Shown here in pieces: positions 9,909-19,278 of a DNA stretch of 32,918 nt. How positions within the stretch are numbered: the stretch's first letter is position 1; each line of letters begins with the position of its first letter. Position numbers and translations under genes: made by a program. Source of the DNA: Rhizaria sp. SCN 62-66 (taxonomy: Eukaryota); assembly GCA_001724265.1 (NCBI GenBank), contig MEDY01000393.1, positions 1-32,918 of the forward strand, written 5' to 3'. A model generated the notes under the pieces. It was not told the origin of the DNA. It saw nothing but the letters and a program-made list of their open reading frames with translations, and ran no database searches.

Positions 9909-11705
9909 ATGCCCGATCTCCCTGTATCGATATCATCAAGTCGCGCCGTCGCGCCGGCGCCTTCTGCGCCCGCGCGTGAGTGGCCCGTGATGCTGGCGGT
10001 GCTGCTGGTGGGAATGGGCGCCTGGATGAGCGTCAACGCGCTCTACTCGCACTCGCCCGTCTTCGTCGACACGCAGCCGGAGAAGCAGACCATCACGTCC
10101 TACTTTGTTGCCTTCCAGCAGGTTGGCAGCCTGCTTTTCCTCCTCTTTCACCGACTCACGCTGGCGCTGCTGCCGCCCGCGCAGTCGCCGCGCTTCCTCG
10201 TCGTTATCCTCGCCCTCGCCACGGCCGCGCTGCTGCTGCCCGCTGCCTCTTTCACCACCACCGCGCACATTGCGGGCGGGCCCAAGTCCATCGTGCTCTA
10301 CGTTGCCATGACGCTCGCCGGCTTCGCCAGCGCCGCCACCAACGTCTACTGCTACCCGGCGGTCTCGCTGTACCCGCGCCGCTACACCGTGGCCTACACG
10401 CTCGGGCTCAGCCTCAGCGCGACGGCCGTGGGCGTCGCCGCGCTCATCCAGGACGGGCCCGAGTCGCTCTACATCTCGCCCACGGCCTACTTCGTCTTCT
10501 TCACCGCGCTCACCGCCGCCTCGGCCGTCGCCGCCTGGTACCTGGCCTTCGGCGCCAACCCCGCTGCCGTGCGCGCCAGACTCGCCGCTGAGGCCGCCGC
10601 GGAGGCCGCCGCCGCCGCAGAGGCCGCGGAGGAGAAGGCGCTGGCGCAAACCGAGGGCCAGGGTTTAGATAAGACCGCAGTGGCGATGACGGCGCGCGTT
10701 AACGTCGTTGACGCTGCGGTCGAGGCCGAAGACGGCGCCGCGTCGCCGGTGTCGTCGTCCCTGAAGAAGACCGGCAGCGGCCAGGCGCTGTTGCCCGCCT
10801 CGGCCTCCTCCGCCAAAGCCACCGGCGGCTACAACAGCACAGCCGACGCTGACGCAGACTCGGAGGCTGAGACCACGACCTCGGTGGCTGTGGCGGCGGC
10901 GGCGATGACTGCGACCGGCGAGCCCACCATGTCGGGCGAGGCAGCGCTCGAGGCCGGCCTCGCGCACACCGCTGCGGATGCGGATGCGGATGCGACTGCG
11001 CCGTCGTTTAGCGTGAGCACTGCGCGCGTGCTGTGGTACTACGCGGTCCCGCTGCTGGCGCAGTTCGTGCTCTCGGGGCTGTCCTTCGGCGTCATCCCCT
11101 CGGTGCTTCCGTACGCCACGCTGTCCTACCACAAGGGCGCGCGCGTGTACCTCGTCGCCACCTCGGTCGCCTTCTGCCTCGACCCCTTCGCGCGCCTGCT
11201 CGTTGCCGCGCCTGTCACGCAGCGCCTCTTTGCCGCGCCCGCGCGCGTGCAGTTCCGCGCCATCGCGCTGCTGGGGTCGCTCGCCGCGCTGCTCATGTCG
11301 CTCGTCACGGCCATCGCCGCCGCGTCGCCCAAGCCCTGGGGCTGGCAATACGCGTCCATGGGCGCGCTGCCAATCGTGCTCTCCTCTCTCGCCAGCGCCG
11401 TCGTCGCCTTCACATTCACCGCTGCATTCTTCACCTTCCACGACGCCTCGGGCGCCGCCGACGCCGCCGTCACGGTGGCGAGCGCCGCAGACACCCTCCC
11501 GGGTCACGCCGGTGCGAATGCGAAGACGACAACGGGCGCGCTGTGCAAGGACAGCGCGGAGCGCGCGGCGGCCGAGGGGCAGGTGCGCGGCGTGGCCTAC
11601 CGCTGGGGCGGGCTGACGATGCAGTTCGGCGCCACCACGGGCGCCGTCTTCTCCTTCCTGCTCTTCGTCATCTTCCCCCAGATCGCCGACCCAGAGTTCC
11701 GGTAA
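9909..11705 (+). CDS. SLC52 (riboflavin transporter / GPR172)-like multi-pass transporter
   Basis: GMGAWMSVNALYSHSPVFVDTQPE..ITSY matches the SLC52 N-terminal pattern (GMGSWxxVNGxWxELPxxVxxLPExWxLPSY). GVIPSVLPYATLSY and GLTMQFGATTGAVFSF match the C-terminal half. About 11 TM segments. The ATG follows a possible cacag acceptor. Ends TAA. Confidence 0.75.
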   Translation: MPDLPVSISSSRAVAPAPSAPAREWPVMLAVLLVGMGAWMSVNALYSHSPVFVDTQPEKQTITSYFVAFQQVGSLLFLLFHRLTLALLPPAQSPRFLVVILALATAALLLPAASFTTTAHIAGGPKSIVLYVAMTLAGFASAATNVYCYPAVSLYPRRYTVAYTLGLSLSATAVGVAALIQDGPESLYISPTAYFVFFTALTAASAVAAWYLAFGANPAAVRARLAAEAAAEAAAAAEAAEEKALAQTEGQGLDKTAVAMTARVNVVDAAVEAEDGAASPVSSSLKKTGSGQALLPASASSAKATGGYNSTADADADSEAETTTSVAVAAAAMTATGEPTMSGEAALEAGLAHTAADADADATAPSFSVSTARVLWYYAVPLLAQFVLSGLSFGVIPSVLPYATLSYHKGARVYLVATSVAFCLDPFARLLVAAPVTQRLFAAPARVQFRAIALLGSLAALLMSLVTAIAAASPKPWGWQYASMGALPIVLSSLASAVVAFTFTAAFFTFHDASGAADAAVTVASAADTLPGHAGANAKTTTGALCKDSAERAAAEGQVRGVAYRWGGLTMQFGATTGAVFSFLLFVIFPQIADPEFR

Positions 11706-12611
11706 TCAGGTAATCAGCGGATACGCCCCGGGCAGACATCACGATCACGGGCACTGCCCACGGGTATCGCCATGGGTACCGTGCGTTCACCTTCTTTTAT
11801 TTTTGTTTTTTATATCAGTTATGCTGTTTTTTCACTTACTAATCCAGTCAGTCATTATGACTCTCGTGTTTTTTGTGTCGCTATCCAAAGACATTCATTG
11901 TCTTCGTCAGTGACACGTCTCGAGCTTTTTTCCAAAACAGTTTTTTTATTGTCATTATGTGTCCTGTCGTATTCCGTGCAGTGCACACACAAAGCACTCC
12001 GCGTTGCTGCTCTAGTGCGCGCAACGCCAGCAATCCGCGCTCAGTCTACTACAAAAGACAAATGACTGCGCGTGGTCTTGCGACCCTTACTTACCTTCTT
12101 TTCTTTTTCACATGTTTCAGTTGTTGTCGCATGTCTGTGTCATGTTAGATAGTTTGCCGTAGTTGTTGTTGTCGTGTTTGTTTGGTGCGAAGTAGTTTCT
12201 CTCTCGTTGTTGCTCATCATGAGTTGCAGATGAGTTAGTTTAAAACTATCCTCCAGTGTACGCTAAAGCTTTTCTTCATCATGATTCTCACATGATATTA
12301 CGTATCGACGAACTTTAACTCTTGTCACTGTTAATTATTCAATTTTGTTGTTGTGTTGGCATGGCTCATTCGAGTGCTATCCTCGAATTCAACTCTTGTC
12401 AAGACAAACAATACAAACGTTCATTTCCAATCCACGAGTAGTATTGACAAACAAATTTACATGTATATTGGTTACAATTGGAAGAAATTTATGAAGAAAT
12501 GAAAAAATAAGAAAAGAAAAGTAGAGGGATATATCAAAAGAGAAGAGAAACGCATGCTAAAAATACCACTACATCATCAGAAGCCAGAAGACGCTTCCGC
12601 ACTGCGACAAC

Positions 12612-15600
12612 TTAGACGAAGGAGAAGGTGGGGCGGCCGGGCGTGGCGGTGGAGATGGGCCCGTCCTCGGTGGGCACGAACTCCTCGATCGTGGTCGTCT
12701 CGACGGTCACGCCGTCGATGCCGCGCACCAGGTAGCCGATGTGCTCGCGCACCGTCTTGACCTCGTCGAAGGGCATCGCCAGCTCGAGCGCCTGCGCGCC
12801 CTCCTCGGCGAACTGCGCGCGCACCGTCGACGCGAAGGCCATGGCGTTGGTGAGAAGCTTCTTCGACGCCGGCACCGCGGGGTCGACGGGGAACAGCGCC
12901 TTGACGGCCGCGTTGACGGGCGCGGCATTGGCGAGCGCCTCCTTCTTGTCCTCGCCGGGGAAGGCGGCGACGAGCGCGGCCAGCTCCGAGATGACCTTGA
13001 CCTGCCAGATGGGGTAGCCGGTCGCGACGCGGACGACGGCGCCTGCATGCGCCACGGCCGTGCCCTTGGGCGCCTTCTTGGCCTTGACCGTCAGCGCGCG
13101 CGCAGCGGCGCCGCGCAGGTTGGAGCAGAAGACAGAGATGTAGGCGGCCTCGCGAAGCAGCGCAGTGTCGGGCGCGGCCAGCACGGGCCAGGCGGCGTCG
13201 CAGACGAGGTCCACAGCGGCCTGAGCGTCAGCGAAGGCGGGGCGGATGAGGTCCCACATGGTCTGCGACCAGAAGGGGCAGATGGGCGAGAGCGTGACGG
13301 CGAAGACGCGCAGCCACTGCAGCAGCACATCCTTGTTCATGGGCACGGCGCCGCCGGCCGCCTCGGCACAGGCCGTGCGGTAGGCGTCGCGCACGTTGCA
13401 GAGCTCGTGGCAGGCCAGGCGCGAGGCGTCCATGATGCGCATCTGCTCGTAGGCCGTCTTGGCCTCAGCCACGATGGCCGCCGTCTGAGCAGAGAACACG
13501 CGGTCCCAGAAGGTCATCTCGCCGGAGCGCAGGGACGCATCGGCCAGAGTCTCACGCGCGAAGACGAGCTCCTTGGACAGACGCAGGATGGCGGCGTTGG
13601 CGACGAGCGATGAGAAGTTGGCGTCGTCGAGCGAGTCGCCGGCCGAGGCGAGGCCGAAGCGCGCGGCGTCGGCGCCGTACATCTTGATGGCGTCGTGCAG
13701 AGTGATGAAGGTGCCGTTTGACTTAGACATCTTCTGCCCGTTAATGAGCAGCATGCCGTTGGCGTAGTAGGAGCGCGGGAGCTTGTCCGCGCCCAGCACG
13801 GCCTCGTGGTTGTACAGAGTCATGACCAGGTGGTTGTTGAGCAGGTCCTTGCCGGACACGCGCAGGTCGAACGGGTACCAGAACTCGAACTCAGCGCGCA
13901 TGCGGTCGAGCGTCTCGCGCGCGATGCCGCAGTCCGCGGGGAATTCGGCGCCGGGCAGGAAGACGTAGCTGAAGACGGCGTCGGTGAGCTGCTCGGCCTT
14001 GACGCCCGCGGGGCCCTTGCCCTCGGTCATGGAGCCGCCCTGGAGGAGCGCAACGATAGTATAGTAGGCCATGTAGATGGTCGAGTCCGAGAGCGACTCG
14101 ATGAGCGGGTGGGCGGGGTCGAACTCCATGCGCGTGCCCAGCCCGAAGGCGCGCGAGCAGCCCCACTGGTGCAGCCAGCCGATGGTGAAGAGCAGGCGCG
14201 CGCGCACCGAGCGGTTGTAGGTCTGGAAGGCGTCCGACTCGGCGTGCGCGCGGATGGCGGCCTGCCACTCGGGCTCGCCGTACTTGATGGCCCACTGGTC
14301 GATGAGACCGACGACGCACTCCTCCTCCGTGCGCGAGATCACAATCGACTCGGGCTCGGCGTAGGGGAAAGCCAGCCCGTCGGCGATCATCGACGCCTTG
14401 ACGGCCTCCTTGACGTCCTTAACGAGGCTGCCGGCGTGGGGACCGACGATCATGACGCCCTTGTCGAAGCCGTACTTGTACACCTCGTCCTTGATCTTGG
14501 CGAGCAGCACGGCGTCGTTCTGCGACTTGACGCCATACTTCTTGCACAGCATCGGCGCGGCCTGGTCGGTCCCGTCGAGCTCGTCGATGCGAATAATGGG
14601 CACCACCTCGAAGGGCAGCACCATCTCGTCCTTGATGCCGAACTTGGCGCGAAAATCGGGCTTGTTCTTCATGTCCATCAGCGCCGCGTAGTCGGCGGGC
14701 GCGTCCGAGGGCACCGAGGTCACGATGCCCGTGCCCTTGTCCATCAGAATCGTCAGCAGAGGCAGGATGTAGACCTTCTCGTAGGACGTCAGCGGCGCCT
14801 TGATGGCGCAGCCGAGGAGGTGCTGGCCCAGCAGGTTGCCGAGCTTGCGGTTCGCGCACTCGCCCCACGTGAACGCGCCGGCGGGACCCTCGAAGGGCTT
14901 GAAGACGGCGTCCTGGAAAGCCATGTTGAGCGCGGAGCGGTCGGTGCACACGAAGACCTCGTTCTTCTGCGTGCGGTAGACCTGGTACTCGCCCGTGGGC
15001 AGCACGAACGCGTTGGTCTGGCCGTACATGGTCTCGGGGCGCAGTGTCGCCGCGGGCAGCACCACCTCCACGGGCGTCAGCTCGCCGGCGGCAGCGGCGG
15101 CGTCGCCAGCAGCGGATTCGACGGGCGCGAGGCCAGCGGCGGCGAGGAGCTCGGTGAGCGCGGCGGGGAAGGGCGCCTGCAGACGGAGCTTGATAGCCGT
15201 GTATGCCTGCGGCATGACGCCCTCGCCGTCGCCCTTGCGGTCGTGGTCCGAGCACACCTGCTTGTTCGAGGGCGTCATGATCGACATGAGCTTGCCGTAG
15301 GACAGCTTGTCCTTGGCGCGCAGCTGGTTGAACTGCCAGCGCACGAACGCGTCAAAGAACGGGTTCGCGTCCGTGGTGATGAAGGTGCGGCGCCAGTCAA
15401 CTGCGACGCCAAAGTCGTTCATGTCCTTCTGCGCGATGGGCGGCCAGTACGTCAGCCAGTGCGCGGGGTCGCAGAACTTGGCGATCTCGGCCTCGGGCAC
15501 GCCCATCTCGCGCATGATCAGCCACTGGTACGCGTGCCCGGACTTCTTGCCAGCGAGCTTGCCCTTCTTCTTGCGCTTCTTGTCCGCGGGCGCGGCTGGC

Positions 15601-16121
15601 GCGGCGGCGCCGGCGGCCTCGGGAGCGGCGGCCTCAGCGGCGGGCGCGGCGGGGGTCTCGGGCTCGTCGGCCTCCTCCTCGGCCTCGGCGGCCTTCTCGA
15701 CCGGGAACACGGGCGGGTTGCCGAACGCCGCGATCTCCTTCTGCAGCTTCTGCGCGCACGCCAGGATGGGCATGCCGGTGCAGTGGAAACCGAAGGGGAA
15801 GAGCGCGCGCTTGCCCAGCAGGCGCTGGAAGCGGACCATGAACTCGGCCTTGGTCATCGAGAAGGCGTGGCCCAGGTGCAGCGCGCCGTTCATGTACGGA
15901 AACGGGAACGTCACCATGAACTTGTTCTTGGCGGCCAGCTCGGCCGGGTCCGTCGGCGCGTCGACCTCGTAGGCCTTGGCGGCGCCCCAGCGCGCCTTGA
16001 CGCCCGCCTCGGCGGCGATGAGCTCGTCGCGGCGCTTCGTCTCGGCCGCGACCAGCGGCGCGGGCGCGGCGGCGGCGGCGGCGGCGACGGCGGAGGCATC
16101 AGTGGCGTCCTTAGAAGACAT
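12612..16121 (-). CDS. LARS1: Cytosolic (eukaryote/archaeal-type) leucyl-tRNA synthetase, ~1169 aa, no introns in the CDS
   Basis: FPFPYMNGALHLGH (HIGH), FHCTGMPI, CSDHDR, editing-domain ATLRPETMYGQTN and GTGIVTSVPSD, ESLSDSTIYMAYY, DLRVSGKDL, KMSKS. Start taken as ATG 16121-16119. Ends TAA. Confidence 0.97.
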   Translation of the reverse strand: MSSKDATDASAVAAAAAAAPAPLVAAETKRRDELIAAEAGVKARWGAAKAYEVDAPTDPAELAAKNKFMVTFPFPYMNGALHLGHAFSMTKAEFMVRFQRLLGKRALFPFGFHCTGMPILACAQKLQKEIAAFGNPPVFPVEKAAEAEEEADEPETPAAPAAEAAAPEAAGAAAPAAPADKKRKKKGKLAGKKSGHAYQWLIMREMGVPEAEIAKFCDPAHWLTYWPPIAQKDMNDFGVAVDWRRTFITTDANPFFDAFVRWQFNQLRAKDKLSYGKLMSIMTPSNKQVCSDHDRKGDGEGVMPQAYTAIKLRLQAPFPAALTELLAAAGLAPVESAAGDAAAAAGELTPVEVVLPAATLRPETMYGQTNAFVLPTGEYQVYRTQKNEVFVCTDRSALNMAFQDAVFKPFEGPAGAFTWGECANRKLGNLLGQHLLGCAIKAPLTSYEKVYILPLLTILMDKGTGIVTSVPSDAPADYAALMDMKNKPDFRAKFGIKDEMVLPFEVVPIIRIDELDGTDQAAPMLCKKYGVKSQNDAVLLAKIKDEVYKYGFDKGVMIVGPHAGSLVKDVKEAVKASMIADGLAFPYAEPESIVISRTEEECVVGLIDQWAIKYGEPEWQAAIRAHAESDAFQTYNRSVRARLLFTIGWLHQWGCSRAFGLGTRMEFDPAHPLIESLSDSTIYMAYYTIVALLQGGSMTEGKGPAGVKAEQLTDAVFSYVFLPGAEFPADCGIARETLDRMRAEFEFWYPFDLRVSGKDLLNNHLVMTLYNHEAVLGADKLPRSYYANGMLLINGQKMSKSNGTFITLHDAIKMYGADAARFGLASAGDSLDDANFSSLVANAAILRLSKELVFARETLADASLRSGEMTFWDRVFSAQTAAIVAEAKTAYEQMRIMDASRLACHELCNVRDAYRTACAEAAGGAVPMNKDVLLQWLRVFAVTLSPICPFWSQTMWDLIRPAFADAQAAVDLVCDAAWPVLAAPDTALLREAAYISVFCSNLRGAAARALTVKAKKAPKGTAVAHAGAVVRVATGYPIWQVKVISELAALVAAFPGEDKKEALANAAPVNAAVKALFPVDPAVPASKKLLTNAMAFASTVRAQFAEEGAQALELAMPFDEVKTVREHIGYLVRGIDGVTVETTTIEEFVPTEDGPISTATPGRPTFSFV

Positions 16122-16788
16122 TAGATGCTGCGGGCAACGTAGGAGGGGAAATATGGAAAGCAGGGAAAGTCGAGGAGAGAGGAACAAGAGTGTGCGCGGC
16201 AAAGGATAGAACACAGATGAGCGCGGGTGTACGAAGGATTGCGGAGACACAATTTTGAAAGAATACATCGCATGTTAGCATGACAGAAAATAACAATGAT
16301 GTAGTAGAGCAACTATTGTGTCGTCAGATCTTATCAAAATATGATTATGAGACACATGAGCCCAGATATTCATCCCGCGAAACGTGCGTTTTGCGCTCTG
16401 CGAGGAGCGAGGAGGGTCACGATCACGAAAAAGAGTGGACAGACGAGCCACTAGTAGCTGTGCGCAAAAAATATAAAAAAACTACTTGTGGTGGACCCAA
16501 AAGTTAGGTCGGCTGTCTGGTCGGTTGGTGGCCGAACCAGGCGCCATCTTCGCCACTTTGTTCTGGCTGCTAAACGCGTTCAACGGGTTTTCGTCAATCG
16601 AATCGGACACTTTCTTTGTCTTAATTATTTCGTTTTGTTTGTAATCTCGAAAGAAGACTGCTAATGACCTCTGCATTGGTCTAGCGGAAAGATCCGGTTT
16701 CGCCCTCTCCACATCACACACACGTCGCTCACCTCCACAACTTGCTTCCTCACTTTCTCGCCCTCTGCATCTGCTGCTGCAGCAAGAG

Positions 16789-17313
16789 ATGTCCTTCCAG
16801 GTTCTTAAGGCCGACGGCACTGAGTACGTCACCGGCACCGGTGCCACCCCCAAGGTACGTCTTGTGATCTCTTGCAACCACTCTCTCATTTCCGGCTGTC
16901 AAACGGCTGACGTGCCATCCGGATCCGGACCTGATAACAGTCGACTTTTGTTGCTCTGCTGCTGCTGCTCTTTTGCTGTCTCTCACTCTATCGTTTTCTT
17001 ACTTTATGGTACAATAATGCTTGCTATTGCTTCCTCCTAGGCTGGCGACAAGGTCACCGTCCACTACACTGGCACCCTGACCAACGGCACTAAGTTCGAC
17101 TCCTCCCGCGACCGCGGCCAGCCCTTCGTCTTCACCATCGGCCGCGGCCAGGTCATCCGCGGCTGGGACGAGGGCGTCGCCAAGATCTGCGTTGGCGACC
17201 GCGTCAAGCTCGTCTGCCCCCCCGCCTACGCCTACGGCGCTGGCGGCATCCCCGGCGTCATCCCTGCCAACGCCACCCTCAACTTCGACGTCGAGCTCCT
17301 CAAGATCAACTAA
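16789..17313 (+). CDS. FKBP12: FKBP12-type peptidyl-prolyl isomerase (112 aa); exons 16789-16854 and 17041-17313
   Basis: Phase-0 intron gtacgt...tcctag (16855-17040). Exon 2 reads [46 protein letters not shown]...[29 protein letters not shown], then TAA. The ORF track does not recover this gene. Confidence 0.97.
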
Positions 17314-18050
17314 GCGCGCCAACCGACGCTAGGTCGACTTGTCTGTCGCGTGCACGAGCTGACCGCTGCTGAGTTGCTCTGTTTTCATCTTGTTCCTGAC
17401 ACGACGATGACAAAGTGATTGGTGCGGTCAGTGAGTAGGGAGAGAAAACGCCTTGGAACGCGAGTTCTGCGGAGTCTATGTACATAGTGATGCGGGGCTT
17501 TGATTCAAAGCCCTTATTGTCATTTCTGTTGCGTTGATATGCTTTGTGTCTGTCTGCGCTGCAGTGTAAAAATACACTCTCTTGTTGTTCGTTACTCTCA
17601 TTTTTATCTGACGTCGACACTCTTCTCTGTCGCTGCTCCTCTCTCTCCTCTGCACTGTTGCCTGTGCTGCTCTTGAATTTGATATCTCAAGCGTTATAAC
17701 GACCGTCACTCGACATAAAATGATGTTTATGACATAGAACCCTTATTTTCATATTCATTTCTTTTTTCGTTTTTGCTCTCTCTGCATTCTTTGACCGCTC
17801 ACGACGCCGTTTAATCCTCCTCGCTGCTCCCTTTCCCAGAGTGTCGGTTCTCGTCCTTTCTCTCGTGTTGTGACGCGACAGATCGAAAGACAGACCCACC
17901 CGTGTGAACAAAAAGAAAGAAGTCATCGTTGACTCCTCTTTTCTCTTCCGTTCTCTTCCTTTAAACCTCTTTTGTCCCGTCCAGACAGCAGACAGGACAC
18001 TTGAGACACCAAGGCTTAACACAGTCTACCTTTTGACGCCGACTCTTCCC

Positions 18051-18812
18051 ATGACTGTCCGCGCCCTGCTGCCGCTACTCGCGGCGCTGGCTCTCGCGCT
18101 CACCGCCCTGGCGCCCGCTTTGCGCGCGTCGGCGACGAGCTTCGCCTACGAGTGCACCATCTGCAACCGCGTTTGGGCGCGCCCCGGCGCGAACGTCGAC
18201 GCGGCCATCGCTGAACACTGTACCGCTGCGGCCGCGAGCTCTCCGCTGCTCTACTCCACCGACGCCGTTGCGAACGTGTGCGTGGTGCACGAGGACGGCC
18301 GCTGCAAGCGCCGCCTGTTTGACACCACGGGTGGCGGCTTCACGGACCGCTACCAGAACCCGCTCGACGTGCCGTTCCGCGTGACAGACAAAGCGCCTGT
18401 GACGTACACCTTCGGGCGCCCGCCCGGGTCGCCGCAGGTGCCCGCGCAGCGCGTGCGCGACGCGTGGTGCCCGCGCATCGTGCGCGACGTCTACAACGCG
18501 ACCAACTTCGCCGCGCTGCGGAGCTCGTGTCCGGCGTCGGACCCCGCGCTGTGCTGCGGTCGGCTCGTGCGGGCGAGCCACGCTGACGGGTTCTGCTCCA
18601 ACCCCAGCACGGGCGTGCCCAAGGCGGGCGGCGGCGCTGAACAGGACGCGCTGCAGACGCAGGCGGAGAAGAAGTTCAAGTCTCGCTCGGACAAGGACGA
18701 GAAGAAGAAGGACCCTGAGCTGGCCGACCTCCTGGACAAGGGCAAGGGCGCAGACGACAAAATGCGCAAGCACATCAACTCGCTCCTCAACGGCTTTGGA
18801 GACCCCGAATGA
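18051..18812 (+). CDS. Secreted/ER Cys-rich protein (253 aa), possibly saposin/Canopy-like
   Basis: Signal peptide MTVRALLPLLAALALALTALAPALRA, CxxC near the mature N-terminus, further Cys (WCPRIV, LCC, GFC) and a charged Lys/Asp-rich tail. Ends TGA. Confidence 0.7.
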   Translation: MTVRALLPLLAALALALTALAPALRASATSFAYECTICNRVWARPGANVDAAIAEHCTAAAASSPLLYSTDAVANVCVVHEDGRCKRRLFDTTGGGFTDRYQNPLDVPFRVTDKAPVTYTFGRPPGSPQVPAQRVRDAWCPRIVRDVYNATNFAALRSSCPASDPALCCGRLVRASHADGFCSNPSTGVPKAGGGAEQDALQTQAEKKFKSRSDKDEKKKDPELADLLDKGKGADDKMRKHINSLLNGFGDPE

Positions 18813-19278
18813 GCACGTGTGCGTGTGTGTATATTGCGAGGCGCAACGGTGGGAGGAAGTACGTGTGTATGTGTAGCGAAGAGCGCTGTTTAGGGCCAGA
18901 GCCAGGATACGGGCTGGATAATAAACTCATTATGTTTGATCAAAAGCCGTGATTTCGTATGTATCATCTCTATAAGTATACCATACTTTGATATAACCTG
19001 TATTGGCGACTATCTAGACTGTCAATATGCAACTAAGTGATATTTGACAGCTGCCTAGTCGAAGGCGAAGTGCAGTGCTCGGTCAGCATGCTGTCAGCGC
19101 ATCTTCGGCTTAAGATATCTGCGTGGAACATTCGTTGCTGTAAGTGTTGCTTGCACTCCCGATATTACTTATTGTGCATAAATATTTTTTATTTGAAATT
19201 TCTCTTAAATCTTCGTTCTAATCTTCATATGACTCTAAATCTTCACCTCGGCTTCTCCTGTTCAGAGCGGTCGACAAC

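Noticed and set aside
12612-16121. Linking the LeuRS gene to a UAG=Leu code
   Set aside because: Proximity within the window is not evidence in a eukaryote, and the enzyme has ordinary catalytic and editing motifs.
16122-16268. ORF-track N-terminal extensions of LARS1 (and likewise 9846-9908, 17904-18050, 4126-4317)
   Set aside because: These are pyrimidine- or AT-rich, intron/UTR-like sequences, and better ATGs lie at the start of the GC3-rich coding signal.
17038-17040. TAG in frame with FKBP12 exon 2 as another read-through codon
   Set aside because: It is the 3' splice site of intron 16855-17040, and splicing restores a normal FKBP12.
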